Shown in pieces: positions 9,030 through 20,058 of a stretch of DNA of 64,000 bases. The position numbers and the translations under genes were made by a program. Every line of letters starts with the position of its first letter. Positions within the stretch are counted from its first letter, which is position 1. The stretch is from Candidatus Parvarchaeota archaeon. Lineage in GTDB: Archaea > Nanobdellota > Nanobdellia > WJKC01. The notes under the pieces are model-generated. The model was not told the DNA's origin, did no database searches, and worked only from the letters and a program-made list of their open reading frames with translations. The stretch spans positions 15,299 to 79,298 of the forward strand of contig JAFCFT010000002.1 of assembly GCA_017608505.1 (NCBI GenBank), read 5' to 3'.

Positions 9030-11201
9030 TTATTGATTAGGACCTAGGCCTTTGCGTTCCCTAATTTTTCTGACAACTTCATCCTGCAGTTCTCTTGGCA
9101 CAGGCTCAAATTTGCTGTCAACCAAGAACCATACGCCACGCCCTTCAGTGGCACTGCGCAAATCGCTTGTGAATCCAAATGCGTTTGCTACAGGAATTTT
9201 AGCAATTACTGTGACGCTTTCCATTTCTTGATTCATTTCTATTAGCTGGCCCCTTCTTGATTGTATTAGTTTGCTTATGGCGCCAGTATATTCTATTGGA
9301 GCGTCAATGCGCCTTATTTGCACTGGCTCAAGCAAAGACGCGTCTGCTGACTTAAAGCATTCTCTTATTCCTTGACGCACTGCAGGAAGCACTTGCGCAG
9401 GACCTCTATGAATTGCATCTTCGTGCAACTTCATGTCTATTATCCTGACTATTATGCCTTCGCAAGGCTCTCTTGCAAGCATTCCAGCATCCATTACCTG
9501 CTTGAATCCTTGGATTAGCATGCCTATGACTTCGTTGATTTGAACAATACCTGTTGACATGTCAAACAGCATATTGCGCTTGTAAATGCTTCTAAGTCTC
9601 TTTGCTTCATCCCTTGGTATGCCTAGCTCTATTATGCGTTCAATTAGTTCTTTGTCTTTTTTCCTGATTTCACCATCTTTTATTTCGCCTTTAACAAGCA
9701 AGTCATACCATTCTTTTGGCATTGGCTCAACTTCAAAATAAAATTTGTTGTGCTTGTTTGGACTTTTTCCTTCGCAACGCAGAGAATGCTTGTTTACAGT
9801 TTCCCTGTAAACTACTATTGGCGGGCTTGTGACTATTGGTATGCCTCTGTCGCGCTCTATTTTGTGTTCAATTATTTCTAAGTGAAGCTCTCCAAGCCCT
9901 GATATTAAGTGTTCGCCTGTTTCTTCATTAATTTCAGTCTTCATTGTTGGGTCCTCTTTTTCAATTTCTTTAAGCACTTGTATTAATTTAACGAGGTCTT
10001 TTGGGTCTTTAGCTTCAATAGATTTTGTCACTACCGGCTCAAATATGTGTTTAATGGACTCAAACGGCGTTATTTTTTCGAGGCTTACAGTTTCCCCAGA
10101 TGTTGCGCCTTTAAGACCTATTACGCCAGCAGTGTTTCCTGCAGGCACTTCTTCAATATTATGCCTTTTGTCAAGAATCATTACAAACACTTGCTGGTTT
10201 CTTGCGCTTGTCTTTGCATTATTAAGCCATACTTGTTCGCCATGCTTTAATTTTCCTGAGAAAACCCTGCCAAAACTAATTTCCCCAGCTTGAGGGTCTA
10301 CAAATATTTTAGTGACGCAAAAAACCAAAGGGCCGTTTGGGTCGCAATTCATAAGCGCTTTGCCTATTTCAGAATTAATGTCTCCAGGCCATATTATGGG
10401 AATTCTTAATTTCTGCGCTTCTAGTGGGTTTGGCAAGTGCTTTGCAACCATGTCAAGCACAACTTCATGCACTGGTGCTTTTTTGCTAAGCTCTTTTACA
10501 GCTTCAGGGTCATCTTTTGAGTACGCGTCAAGTATGTCTTTAAATGTAAGATTTTTTTCTTTCATGACAGGGAAGCTTAGCGCCCACTTGTCAACTGCTG
10601 TGCCAAAAGCAACTGTCCCGTTTTGCACAGAAACTGTCCAGTCATCTTTTAGGTCTTTTGGAGCATTTGCCCTTATGATTTTATTAACTTGATTAATTAT
10701 TTTGATAAATCTCTCCTGCATTGATTCAGGAGTTAATTTTAATTCTTTAATGAGTCTGTCTACTTTGTTGATAAAGAGTATTGGCTTTACACGCTCTTTT
10801 AGGGCCTGCTTTAACACTGTTTCAGTTTGCGGCATTGCGCCTTCAACAGCGCATACAACTACAAGCGCGCCGTCAACTGCTCTCAGTGCTCTTGTGACTT
10901 CGCCTCCAAAGTCTACGTGTCCTGGGGTGTCAATTAAGTTTATTAAATAATCATTATCGCCTACTTTATGGACCATTGAAACGCCAGTTGACTGTATTGT
11001 AATTCCTCTTTGCTGTTCTTCTTCTAATGTGTCTGTTTTTCTTACAGTGCCTGCTTTTTCCATTGAAAGCATTCCAGCGCCAGCAAGCAAGCTGTCAGAA
11101 AGAGTGCTTTTTCCGTGGTCAATATGCGCAATGATGCCGATGTTCCTAATGAACTCTGGCTTGTGATGCAATTCCTTTATTCTCTCTTCAACTTTAGCCA
11201 T
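9030..11201 (-). CDS. fusA: Elongation factor 2
   Basis: AHIDHGKST, DTPGHVDF, GLGELHL, diphthamide loop HEDAIHRGPAQ intact. Confidence 0.99.
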   Translation of the reverse strand: MAKVEERIKELHHKPEFIRNIGIIAHIDHGKSTLSDSLLAGAGMLSMEKAGTVRKTDTLEEEQQRGITIQSTGVSMVHKVGDNDYLINLIDTPGHVDFGGEVTRALRAVDGALVVVCAVEGAMPQTETVLKQALKERVKPILFINKVDRLIKELKLTPESMQERFIKIINQVNKIIRANAPKDLKDDWTVSVQNGTVAFGTAVDKWALSFPVMKEKNLTFKDILDAYSKDDPEAVKELSKKAPVHEVVLDMVAKHLPNPLEAQKLRIPIIWPGDINSEIGKALMNCDPNGPLVFCVTKIFVDPQAGEISFGRVFSGKLKHGEQVWLNNAKTSARNQQVFVMILDKRHNIEEVPAGNTAGVIGLKGATSGETVSLEKITPFESIKHIFEPVVTKSIEAKDPKDLVKLIQVLKEIEKEDPTMKTEINEETGEHLISGLGELHLEIIEHKIERDRGIPIVTSPPIVVYRETVNKHSLRCEGKSPNKHNKFYFEVEPMPKEWYDLLVKGEIKDGEIRKKDKELIERIIELGIPRDEAKRLRSIYKRNMLFDMSTGIVQINEVIGMLIQGFKQVMDAGMLAREPCEGIIVRIIDMKLHEDAIHRGPAQVLPAVRQGIRECFKSADASLLEPVQIRRIDAPIEYTGAISKLIQSRRGQLIEMNQEMESVTVIAKIPVANAFGFTSDLRSATEGRGVWFLVDSKFEPVPRELQDEVVRKIRERKGLGPNQ

Positions 11202-11236
11202 AGAAAAAACGAACTAAAAAGGCTTTTTAAAGTTTT

Positions 11237-11923
11237 CTACCTGCTTGCAGCTGCCTGCCTTTCAGCTTCTATTCTTTTTGCAACTGAGAAGCTTCTTGGG
11301 TCTTCTTTAGATGCAGCAATTATTTCTTCTGCAAGCGCGTCCCATATGTGTTTTTTGGACTTCTTAGACTGGTTTTTTGCCCCTTGACAAATCCAGCGCA
11401 GCGCTAAGTCAATTCTTCTTTGAGGGCTTGTTTCAATTGCTTTTGGATGCCTGATTCCTCCGTATTGCACTGTTGTGACTTCTTCGCAAGGAGCTGCATT
11501 TTCAACTGCGCGCACAACAACTTGGATAGGGTTTTGTTTAGTTTTTTCTTCTATTAATTCTAAAGTTTTTCTAACAATTTTTAAAAGGGTTATTCCTTGC
11601 CCTAGTTGCTTTCCTGTGCACCAGGTCTGCTTTTTTCCTTTGTGGCCAGAAACAGGGACGTGATTCATTAAGCGTTCAATAATATGATATTTTGACTTGT
11701 GGAATTTTTGAGTTGCATGACGGCCAAAAGTTTTAGGAATGTAAACCGGCTTTAAATTAATATAATCTTTTAGTCCTGGGTCGCGAAGTTCTATGTTTTT
11801 GCTTGACCATTTTCCAAACAAAAGAATGTCAGGCAGTTCAACAATTTCAGGCGCTTTTTCTCCTTTTTTAACTATTCTTTTTTCAATTTCTTTTGCTTTT
11901 TCCAGCAATTCTTTTTTTACCAT
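11237..11923 (-). CDS. rps7: 30S ribosomal protein S7
   Basis: DPGLKDYI, NPIQVVVRAVENAAP, SPQRRID. Confidence 0.97.
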   Translation of the reverse strand: MVKKELLEKAKEIEKRIVKKGEKAPEIVELPDILLFGKWSSKNIELRDPGLKDYINLKPVYIPKTFGRHATQKFHKSKYHIIERLMNHVPVSGHKGKKQTWCTGKQLGQGITLLKIVRKTLELIEEKTKQNPIQVVVRAVENAAPCEEVTTVQYGGIRHPKAIETSPQRRIDLALRWICQGAKNQSKKSKKHIWDALAEEIIAASKEDPRSFSVAKRIEAERQAAASR

Positions 11924-11928
11924 GTTAT

Positions 11929-12363
11929 TTACCTCTCAGGCTTTTCTTTTCTTCCGCGCACAATTTCTTTTAATGAGACTCCATTTACTTTAACTACTTT
12001 AAATTTGACGCCAGGAATGTCCCCTTTACTGCCTCCTCTTGGGCCCCCAAGCCTTTCAATTTCCACTGTGTTGTGCTCATCAATGTATTTAATTGCGCCT
12101 TCTCCAGGCACAAACGCAGTAACGCTTTTGCCGTTTTTAATTAATTGGACGACGCAACATTTTCTTAAAGCTGAGTGAGGCTGCTTGCAAGGAACATTTC
12201 TTTTTGACAAAACAATTCCTTTTGCCCTTGGACTTCCTTCTAAAGGGTCGTACTTGTGCTGTATTCCTAATTTTTTTGCTTTTCCGCCTTTGTATCTGTA
12301 CTTAAAAGTCTTGCGCCTTAAAAGCAACTTTCTGCCTGCAAACAAACCAGTTGGTTTCTTCAT
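11929..12363 (-). CDS. rps12: 30S ribosomal protein S12
   Basis: [28 protein letters not shown]. Confidence 0.98.
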   Translation of the reverse strand: MKKPTGLFAGRKLLLRRKTFKYRYKGGKAKKLGIQHKYDPLEGSPRAKGIVLSKRNVPCKQPHSALRKCCVVQLIKNGKSVTAFVPGEGAIKYIDEHNTVEIERLGGPRGGSKGDIPGVKFKVVKVNGVSLKEIVRGRKEKPER

Positions 12364-12397
12364 GGATTATTGTGTATGAGAAATCCATTTTTAAAGC

Positions 12398-12829
12398 TTA
12401 CGATAAAATTATATCATCAATATCAAAGTATTTTCTAATTAAGTGCTTTGCCTTTTTCAGCTTAACTTTAATTGGGACTCCATTATTTTTCACTCTTTCA
12501 AAACTTATTCTAATAATTTTCTTGGAATTGCTTTTTTCGCTTATGTACGCATTGCTTATTTTAAGAGGCCTGAATACATTGTTTAAGAATGCTAAAGGGT
12601 CGGGATTAAATTCTACAATTTCCACTTTTTTATTAAGAATGTTTTGCAAGTTCTTGATATTCACTCCATTTTTGCCAATCGCCATAGCTGCTTGGCCTTC
12701 TTTTACAACAAATATGATCTTGTTGTCATTAATTATGACATCTTTTACTACAACACCTACTAATGACTCAAATAATCCTATGTATCTTATGCTGTCTGTA
12801 TCTAATTTGATTGACTTTGTTACAGTCAT
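12398..12829 (-). CDS. nusA: Archaeal NusA-like KH-domain protein
   Basis: AIGKNGVNIK KH motif; operon position. Confidence 0.93.
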   Translation of the reverse strand: MTVTKSIKLDTDSIRYIGLFESLVGVVVKDVIINDNKIIFVVKEGQAAMAIGKNGVNIKNLQNILNKKVEIVEFNPDPLAFLNNVFRPLKISNAYISEKSNSKKIIRISFERVKNNGVPIKVKLKKAKHLIRKYFDIDDIILS

Positions 12830-13104
12830 CTTTTCTTAACCCCACTTTCAGATTCCTTTTTAATTCCTATTACACTGATTGCATACGGTTTTTTGCACAA
12901 TATGCCTTGCTCTTTTGACGTAAGTTCGCTTAATTCAACTGGCGTTTTAATGCTTAACAGTTTTAATTCTTCAAATGCTTTTTGATTATTTTTGCTTACA
13001 ATCACTTTTGCTAGCTCTCCTTTTAGCAAAGCCTTCTTAACGCTTTCTACGCCTTTTATTAAAATGCCTTTTTTCAATGCCTTTTCAATTTCACTTTTTG
13101 TCAT
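12826..13104 (-). CDS. rpl30e: 50S ribosomal protein L30e
   Basis: L7Ae/L30e fold, G.LCKKPYAISV; position between rpoA2 and nusA. Confidence 0.88.
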   Translation of the reverse strand: MTKSEIEKALKKGILIKGVESVKKALLKGELAKVIVSKNNQKAFEELKLLSIKTPVELSELTSKEQGILCKKPYAISVIGIKKESESGVKKR

Positions 13105-14170
13105 GTTTTACCACTAATTTTAGCATTCCTGTGCCAATTGGTGCTGGCTGATTTATCATTACATTTTCAACAACGCTTGTTAAGTCATCAATTTCTCTGT
13201 GGGCTGCAGCATTAAATAAATGCTTTAGTGCAGTTTCAAAAGAAGCTCTTGCTAAAACTGACTTTTTGCCTTTTGTTATGCCGTATCTAGTGACTCCTTT
13301 AAGCGTGCCGTCAGCAGTCATTGCGTCAGCAACAAGCATTAGATGCCTTATGTCAACTGACAAGCCTTGCTCTCTAAGCGTCATTGATGCTTCTCTAATT
13401 ATTGCATTGCGGGCAGCTTCTATTCCAAATGTTTTCTGAATTTCATACAAGTCATTTGTAATTGTTCTTGTGGGGTCAACTTCTGGTATTTTAAGAACGT
13501 CTTTTAAGTTTGATCCAGCTGTTTTTATAATCCATTCATTGCCTTTTTTAACTGGAAGAACTTGTTCTATCTTAGGAACTCCTTGAATATAAATGTCTTT
13601 TACTTTGACTCTAAGTTTGTATAATTTTTTTATGTCAGCTTCAGGAGATTTTACATTAATTACATTTCCTTCATAAGTTACTTTTTCTTTTTTAATTTTC
13701 TTTTTAATCATTTCAGAAACTTCTTTTGTAGTTATCATGTATTTTTCCAATAACTTTTTATCAAGATATATTTTAACAGTTTTGTTAAGCAAGTCAATAT
13801 TAGTTCTATCTATTACGTCTTCTACAGTTAATTCAAGAATTTTTGTTGCAATTTCTCTTACTTTCTTTTCGTCGCCTGCGAACTTTTCTTTTAAATATAT
13901 TGTCATGCTTGGAGTGGAAGGGATTTTTCTTGCATCAAATATCTCAATAAGTCTTGGAAGACCTCTTGCAACATTAATTTCAGCAACGCCTGCAAATTTG
14001 TGGGTCCTAAGTATCATCTGCGTTCCTGGCTCTCCAAGGCTTTGTCCTGCAACCACTCCTACAGCTTCTCCTGGTTCTGCAAGAGAGTTTGCATAGGACT
14101 CTAAAAGCTTTTGTTTGCCTTTTTCATCAAGAGTATCATACTTTTCCTGAAGTTTTTTTGGCAGATTCAC
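13091..14170 (-). CDS. rpoA2: RNA polymerase subunit A''
   Basis: GEAVGVVAGQSLGEPGTQM, GLPRLIEI, DIRHLMLVAD, SVLARASFE. Confidence 0.98.
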   Translation of the reverse strand: MNLPKKLQEKYDTLDEKGKQKLLESYANSLAEPGEAVGVVAGQSLGEPGTQMILRTHKFAGVAEINVARGLPRLIEIFDARKIPSTPSMTIYLKEKFAGDEKKVREIATKILELTVEDVIDRTNIDLLNKTVKIYLDKKLLEKYMITTKEVSEMIKKKIKKEKVTYEGNVINVKSPEADIKKLYKLRVKVKDIYIQGVPKIEQVLPVKKGNEWIIKTAGSNLKDVLKIPEVDPTRTITNDLYEIQKTFGIEAARNAIIREASMTLREQGLSVDIRHLMLVADAMTADGTLKGVTRYGITKGKKSVLARASFETALKHLFNAAAHREIDDLTSVVENVMINQPAPIGTGMLKLVVKHDKK

Positions 14171-16761
14171 ATTACTTCACCACCGCGCGTTTTTGAAACG
14201 TCCACGCCATCTTCTCCGTACTTGAACTGAATTATTATGTTGTTGCTGTCTCTTACAGTCCCGTCATATTCTACTTTTATGTCTTGAAGCGCATTAATAA
14301 GTCTTCTTTGCAAGTAACCGCTTTTTGGGGTTCTCATTGACGTGTCCATAAGAGAGTCTCTTCCTGCTATGGCATGGAAAAAGAATTCATGAGGCGTAAG
14401 GCCTGCTTTGTAGCCGTGTCTTATGAAACCGTGAGGTCCAGCGCTTAAGTCGTCTTTGTTAAAGTGAGGAAGGGTCCTTCTATTATATCCTTTAACAATT
14501 CTTGAGCCTCTAAGAGATGTTTGGCCTACAAGGGCTGAAATCATTGTAAGATTAAGCAATTTTCCCCTTGCTCCGCTTTCTGCCATGATTGTTGTTCCAG
14601 AAGGTTTTGACATTTCTTCAACAATATGGCTTGACTTGTTGCGCGCCTTGTTTAATGTGGCAAGTATTTTAAATTCAAGGGTTTCTCTTAATGTTTTTCC
14701 AGGATATGCTTCCATTTTACCCATCATGTAATCTTTTATTAATTCTTCTACTTTATCTTCTGCTTTATTAAGAAGTCTTTTTATTTTCTTTACTGCTTCT
14801 TCAGGCAGGTCGCTGTCAGTCGGCGAGACTGTGATGCCTCTGTCCTGCAAGAAATTTATGAACAGCAATGTTGCTTTGTTTAAAAATTCTATTGCCTTGT
14901 GTTTTCCATATTGCTTAATTATTTTATGAAGCAAGAGCCCCACTCCTGAACCAACGCTGTTTTTGTCTATGATGCCTGCTTTTAACTCTCCATTTTTCAC
15001 GTAAACATAAGCATCATACTCGCAATTTGCTTTCTTGCACTCTTTGCATTTCTTGCATGCTCCGCTTTTGCATTCAAAATTAAAGTCTTTTGGCAAAAGC
15101 AGGCTGAATATTTCTTTTCCAGTAAATTCTTTTTTATCAGGAAGCTCTGCCACTATATTTGATCTTGCGAGCAAATCCATAGTTTCATTTCTTGACAATT
15201 TCGTGCTTTTTTGCGTCAGGATGTATGCTCCTGCAATGTGATCATTAATGCATCCTATTATTGGAAGCCCGTATCTTGGAGTTATTATGTTATTTGCAAC
15301 TTCAACAAGTATTTTTGCTTCTGCGCGCGCTTCCTCTGTTTGAGGTATGTGAAGATTCATTTCGTCGCCGTCAAAGTCTGCATTGTACGGCGGGCACACG
15401 CACAAATTAAGCCTAAATGTTTTTCCAGGAAGTATTTTTACTTTGTGAACCATCATGCTCATTCTGTGAAGGCTTGGCTGCCTGTTAAACAAGGCAGGGT
15501 CTCCATTTAGGAGATGACGTTCAACAATGTAACCCTCTTGAAGCTCTTCTAATATTGCATCTTTTGTTTCGTCAGATATCTTTTTCCTTTTGCCTTCAGG
15601 AGTTATAATATAGTTTGCTCCAGGATACTTTTTAGGGCCGTTTTTTATTAATTTTTTAAGCCATTTGATGTTCCACTCAGTCACGCGTTCTGGCATAGTT
15701 AAATCCATTGCCATTACAAGAGGGACGCCGACTTCATCAACAGCAATATTTGGATCAGGGCTTATCACTGTACGCGCGCTAAAGTCTACTCTTTTTCCTG
15801 CCAAGTGCTTTCTAAATCTTCCTTCTTTGCCTTTAATTCTTTCTGCAAGGGTTTTTAAAGGCCTTCCACTCCTGTGCCTTGCAGGAGGAAGCTGGGATAT
15901 GTTGTTTACAAAAAGTGTTGTAACATGATATTGGAGCAAGTCCCACAAGTCTTCTATTATTAATTCTGGCGCTCCTGCATTTAAGTTTTCATACAGCCTC
16001 TGATTAGCTCTAATTATGTCTCCTAACTTGTGCGTTAAGTCATCCTCGCTTCTTGTTCCTGACTCAAGCGTAATAGAAGGCCTGACTGTTATTGGAGGCA
16101 CTGGAAGCAATGTCAATACAAGCCATTCCGGTCTTCCTGCCAGAGGGTCGAATCCAAGAAGTATTAAGTCCTCATCAATTACTCTTTCAAGCCTCTCGCG
16201 CACGTCCACTGGCGTCAACTTGGTCTTTCCTTGATAGAAAAAGTAGGGTTTTTTGAGTATTATTTTTTCTTGTTCTGCACCGCAATGAGGGCATTTTTTA
16301 ATGTTTTTTATGTTTTTCTCTATATCTGCAGCAATTTTCCACGCTTCAAGCCCTCCTTTTTGAGCCTTAATTGTTTTTATTTTCTCTTCGTAAGCCTTTA
16401 ATTTTTCAGGCGTGGCAAGTATTCTCGAACATTTGTTGCATGTGCTTCTTAATATCATGTATATCCAGTGAACATACTTTATGTGTATGACTGGCCTTGC
16501 AAGTTCTATGTATCCAAAGTGTCCTGGGCACTCTTTTACTCGCTCTCCGCAAGTTCTGCATCTCATTCCAGGATCAATGACTCCCATTCTTAGATCCATA
16601 AGCCCGTTGTCAACAGGGAATCCATCAGCATCATATAAATCCGGGTTAGTTATTTTAACTACGCTCATTTTCTTTATCATTTTAGGGCTCAGTATCCTAA
16701 ATTCAATCTTGCCTATTTTTTCGCTTATTACGTCCATTTTGACATCAACTCTTTGGTTCAA
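14167..16761 (-). CDS. rpoA1: RNA polymerase subunit A' (start may be the ATG at 16737)
   Basis: YNADFDGDEMN catalytic motif, CPGHFG, GKRVDFSAR. Confidence 0.99.
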   Translation of the reverse strand: MNQRVDVKMDVISEKIGKIEFRILSPKMIKKMSVVKITNPDLYDADGFPVDNGLMDLRMGVIDPGMRCRTCGERVKECPGHFGYIELARPVIHIKYVHWIYMILRSTCNKCSRILATPEKLKAYEEKIKTIKAQKGGLEAWKIAADIEKNIKNIKKCPHCGAEQEKIILKKPYFFYQGKTKLTPVDVRERLERVIDEDLILLGFDPLAGRPEWLVLTLLPVPPITVRPSITLESGTRSEDDLTHKLGDIIRANQRLYENLNAGAPELIIEDLWDLLQYHVTTLFVNNISQLPPARHRSGRPLKTLAERIKGKEGRFRKHLAGKRVDFSARTVISPDPNIAVDEVGVPLVMAMDLTMPERVTEWNIKWLKKLIKNGPKKYPGANYIITPEGKRKKISDETKDAILEELQEGYIVERHLLNGDPALFNRQPSLHRMSMMVHKVKILPGKTFRLNLCVCPPYNADFDGDEMNLHIPQTEEARAEAKILVEVANNIITPRYGLPIIGCINDHIAGAYILTQKSTKLSRNETMDLLARSNIVAELPDKKEFTGKEIFSLLLPKDFNFECKSGACKKCKECKKANCEYDAYVYVKNGELKAGIIDKNSVGSGVGLLLHKIIKQYGKHKAIEFLNKATLLFINFLQDRGITVSPTDSDLPEEAVKKIKRLLNKAEDKVEELIKDYMMGKMEAYPGKTLRETLEFKILATLNKARNKSSHIVEEMSKPSGTTIMAESGARGKLLNLTMISALVGQTSLRGSRIVKGYNRRTLPHFNKDDLSAGPHGFIRHGYKAGLTPHEFFFHAIAGRDSLMDTSMRTPKSGYLQRRLINALQDIKVEYDGTVRDSNNIIIQFKYGEDGVDVSKTRGGEVM

Positions 16762-18547
16762 TATGCAGTTTTGGATATATGACGAGTGACTTTAACTCGT
16801 CCAACAGCAATTTGAAAGCATAACTCATTTCAATAAGAGTTATCTCGCTTCCTTCGCCGCATACAGGGCAAAGCCCTTTGTTTTTAAATTTGTTAAATAT
16901 TGCAATCATTCCGCACTTCTTGCATACAGGCATTACTGACTTGTCGCTGTCAAATCTTTCTTTTAAAAACAATGTAGCGCCGTGGCCTATAAGGCAGTCG
17001 CGCTCCATTTCTCCAAGTCTCAATCCTCCTTCTTTTGCCCTTCCTTCTGTAGGCTGTCTTGTAAGAAGTGCGAGAGGGCCTCTTGACCTTGACTGGATTT
17101 TTGAAGCAACCATGTACTTTAATTTCATGTAAAACATGTCTCCAATCATTATCCTGACTTTGTATTGCCTGCCTGTTCTTCCGTCATACATAGTTTCAGT
17201 CCCATTATCTTTAAAGCCTAATTTTAACAATTCTTTTCTTAAGTCCATTTCATTTTCATTGTCAAAAGTAGTGCCGTCTATGCATGTGCCTCTAAGCGCT
17301 GCCACTTTGCCTGCAAGACATTCTATTATCTGCGAGAACGTCATTCTTGGCGGCACGCTAAAAGGACTAAATATTATGTCAGGTATTATTCCTGAGGCAG
17401 TAAAGGGCATTGACTCTTGAGGCACTATCATGCCTATAACGCCTTTTTGCCCATACCTTGATGAGAATTTGTCTCCTATCTCAGGTATTCTTTGGTCTCT
17501 TATTTTGACTTTTACCATTTTGTTGCCTTCCTGAGATTCTGTTATCATGACAGTGTCAACAATTCCTTTTTCTTGCAATTTAATTGTTGTTGAAGTTTCG
17601 CGTCTTGCTTCAATTCCAACTTTAAATTCTTCAAGACCTGCAAGGAATCTTGGAGGGCTTGTTTTTCCGACTAAAACGTCTCCTGACTCAACTTCAGCTT
17701 CTGGATAAATTATGCCGTCATCTTCTAAATGAACATAAGCATCTTCAGTCCTATATCCTTTGACTTCTTTTTCAGGGATGCATATTAAATCTTTTATTCC
17801 TCCTGCATACTTTAGCTCCTCGCTTTTGTAAGGCCTAAAGTATGTGCTTCTAAACAAGCCTCTTTCAATGCTTGACTTGTTTATCACAATCGCGTCTTCA
17901 ATATTGTATCCGTCCCAAGTCATAATAGCAACAACTACGTTTGTGCCTATTGGATGAATATCATAATTCATTAAATCCCACATTATTGTGCCAACAAGCG
18001 GTTTTTGAACATAATGAAGTATATTGCTGTCAGTGTCATCTCTAATTAAATAATTGCTTGCGTAAATTCCAAGACCTTGCTTTAAAAGCTTGGCGCCATA
18101 AATTACCCTTGGCGCAGTATTGTGTTCTGCGTAAGGGACCATTGCTGCTTGGTTCCCAAAAATGCACAAAGGGCTTATTTCCAAGTGCGTGTGCGCTTCT
18201 GTAAGTTCGCTTTCATTCATTGCTATTTTTGCATCCTCTTCCTCGCTTGCATCCAAGTATTCTATGACTCCTTCTTTGACTAAGTCATTCCAAGATATCT
18301 CCCCATTTTTTAATTTCTTTATGTGCTCTTTTGTTAATTTTGGAATTCCTTTTTCAACAATTATTAACGGCCTTCTTGCCCTTCCTTTTTCAGTTGTAAT
18401 CTCAATGTTGTCAAGCTCTTCATCATACATTATATTCATTAAGTTTGTAATTTTTCCTTCCCTTCTTTCTTTTTTAATGTGTTTTATGAACCTTGCAGGA
18501 TTCTTAACAGTCCCTATGAATGTGCCATTAAAAAACACATCAGTCAT
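16745..18547 (-). CDS. rpoB1: RNA polymerase subunit B'
   Basis: GDKFSSRYGQKG, RQPTEGRAKEGGLRLGEMERDC, C-terminal Zn ribbon. Confidence 0.98.
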   Translation of the reverse strand: MTDVFFNGTFIGTVKNPARFIKHIKKERREGKITNLMNIMYDEELDNIEITTEKGRARRPLIIVEKGIPKLTKEHIKKLKNGEISWNDLVKEGVIEYLDASEEEDAKIAMNESELTEAHTHLEISPLCIFGNQAAMVPYAEHNTAPRVIYGAKLLKQGLGIYASNYLIRDDTDSNILHYVQKPLVGTIMWDLMNYDIHPIGTNVVVAIMTWDGYNIEDAIVINKSSIERGLFRSTYFRPYKSEELKYAGGIKDLICIPEKEVKGYRTEDAYVHLEDDGIIYPEAEVESGDVLVGKTSPPRFLAGLEEFKVGIEARRETSTTIKLQEKGIVDTVMITESQEGNKMVKVKIRDQRIPEIGDKFSSRYGQKGVIGMIVPQESMPFTASGIIPDIIFSPFSVPPRMTFSQIIECLAGKVAALRGTCIDGTTFDNENEMDLRKELLKLGFKDNGTETMYDGRTGRQYKVRIMIGDMFYMKLKYMVASKIQSRSRGPLALLTRQPTEGRAKEGGLRLGEMERDCLIGHGATLFLKERFDSDKSVMPVCKKCGMIAIFNKFKNKGLCPVCGEGSEITLIEMSYAFKLLLDELKSLVIYPKLHIEPKS

Positions 18548-20058
18548 TTTTTATCAACCCCTATTTGTTCTAGTCCGCTATTTTTAAGCGCTTCTACAAT
18601 CTTTTCATTTTCTTCTTTAGGCACATTAGTGCTTATTTCGCAAGTTATCCCTAAATACTTTCTAAGACCTACTGGAGGTCCTTCTGGAGTTTCGTAAGCG
18701 CACAATTTTCCCCAATGCGTAGGATGTATGTCGCGCGCTTCAAAGTTTTCTCTTGATGATGTTAAACTTGAGACAACTCTTTTTAAGTGGCTTACAGTGT
18801 CAACAAAATTGCATCTTGATAAGTGCTGGCTTACTCCGTGCCTTCCGCCGACCCATTCTCCTGTAGCCAAATTGCTTTTAATTCTTGATGACAATAATTG
18901 GCTTCTTGTTATTGCCTGAAGACTTGGAAGCTTTCCTCTTTTTACAAGCCTTTCAAAATTATATTTCATGTCACCAACAAGTATTCTAAATGAAAATCTG
19001 AATAAGCTTTCCATTAAATCTCCGCACAGCCTCAGCCTTTTATTCATGTAATGGTCTTTGTCATCCTCTTTTATTATATTGTATGACAACTGAAGCAGTT
19101 TCCTAATGCATTTTGCCAGATAATAAGCTTTCAGCATTCTTGAAGACTCGTCGTGCCCTATGTGAGGGAACAAGAACTTGTCAATCATTGTCAATGCTTT
19201 GTTAATCATCTTCTCTTCTGTCTGCGTTGCGCCTAATTTCTTTCCAAGCGCTATCAATGCCTGCTTTTGGTTTTTTATTTCGGCAACTTTGTACAAATTA
19301 ATGTATATGTCGCTCATCATTCTTTCATTTGGCTGTATTGCAGAAACTATTTCTTTGTCATTGTCAAGACCTAGCGCCTTAAGCAAGAGCATTGCAGGCG
19401 CTTTATTGACTCTTGTGAACGTGACATTTATTAATCCTGCCCTGCTTTTTTGTATCAAGTGGGGAATCCTTAATTGATCATCTTCTGAAAATATTTTTAC
19501 AATATAAGGGTAAGGTCCTATTTTTTGCTCTTCTACAAAAATCCTGTTTGGCGCCAAGTCCTCTATTATTACAACAACCCTTTCTGTTCCATTTATTATG
19601 AAGTAGCCTCCTGGGTCCATAGGGTCTTCTCCATTATTAATTAGCTCTTCCCTGCTTAAGCCCTTTAAGTAGCACGGATCTGACTTTACCATTATCGGCA
19701 TATTTCCTATATGTATTACTTTTTTCTCGCCTTCTACGCCGTCTTTCTTGTAAAACATTTCAAGCATTATTGGGGCTTCATACGTTAAATCTCTAAGTCT
19801 TGCTTCTATTGGCAATATTGGCCTTTTTGTGCCGTCTGCTTCTCTTATAAGCGGCTTTTCAACCCACACCTTTCCAAATACTATCTCAAAATCTGAAACA
19901 TTTGGAGGAAGGATGTCTGGCGTTAACTTTCCAACTTCATCAACCACGACCTGCATTCTTTCATTTATAAATTTATTAAAAGACTCTATATTAAATTCTA
20001 CAATACTCTTCTCCCTAAAGTACGCTCTTAACAAATCTTTATGATTAATCAACCACAA
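18544..20058 (-). CDS. rpoB2: RNA polymerase subunit B'' (start GTG/TTG uncertain)
   Basis: EARLRDLTY, DPGGYFIINGTERV, ETPEG. Confidence 0.98.
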   Translation of the reverse strand: MWLINHKDLLRAYFREKSIVEFNIESFNKFINERMQVVVDEVGKLTPDILPPNVSDFEIVFGKVWVEKPLIREADGTKRPILPIEARLRDLTYEAPIMLEMFYKKDGVEGEKKVIHIGNMPIMVKSDPCYLKGLSREELINNGEDPMDPGGYFIINGTERVVVIIEDLAPNRIFVEEQKIGPYPYIVKIFSEDDQLRIPHLIQKSRAGLINVTFTRVNKAPAMLLLKALGLDNDKEIVSAIQPNERMMSDIYINLYKVAEIKNQKQALIALGKKLGATQTEEKMINKALTMIDKFLFPHIGHDESSRMLKAYYLAKCIRKLLQLSYNIIKEDDKDHYMNKRLRLCGDLMESLFRFSFRILVGDMKYNFERLVKRGKLPSLQAITRSQLLSSRIKSNLATGEWVGGRHGVSQHLSRCNFVDTVSHLKRVVSSLTSSRENFEARDIHPTHWGKLCAYETPEGPPVGLRKYLGITCEISTNVPKEENEKIVEALKNSGLEQIGVDKK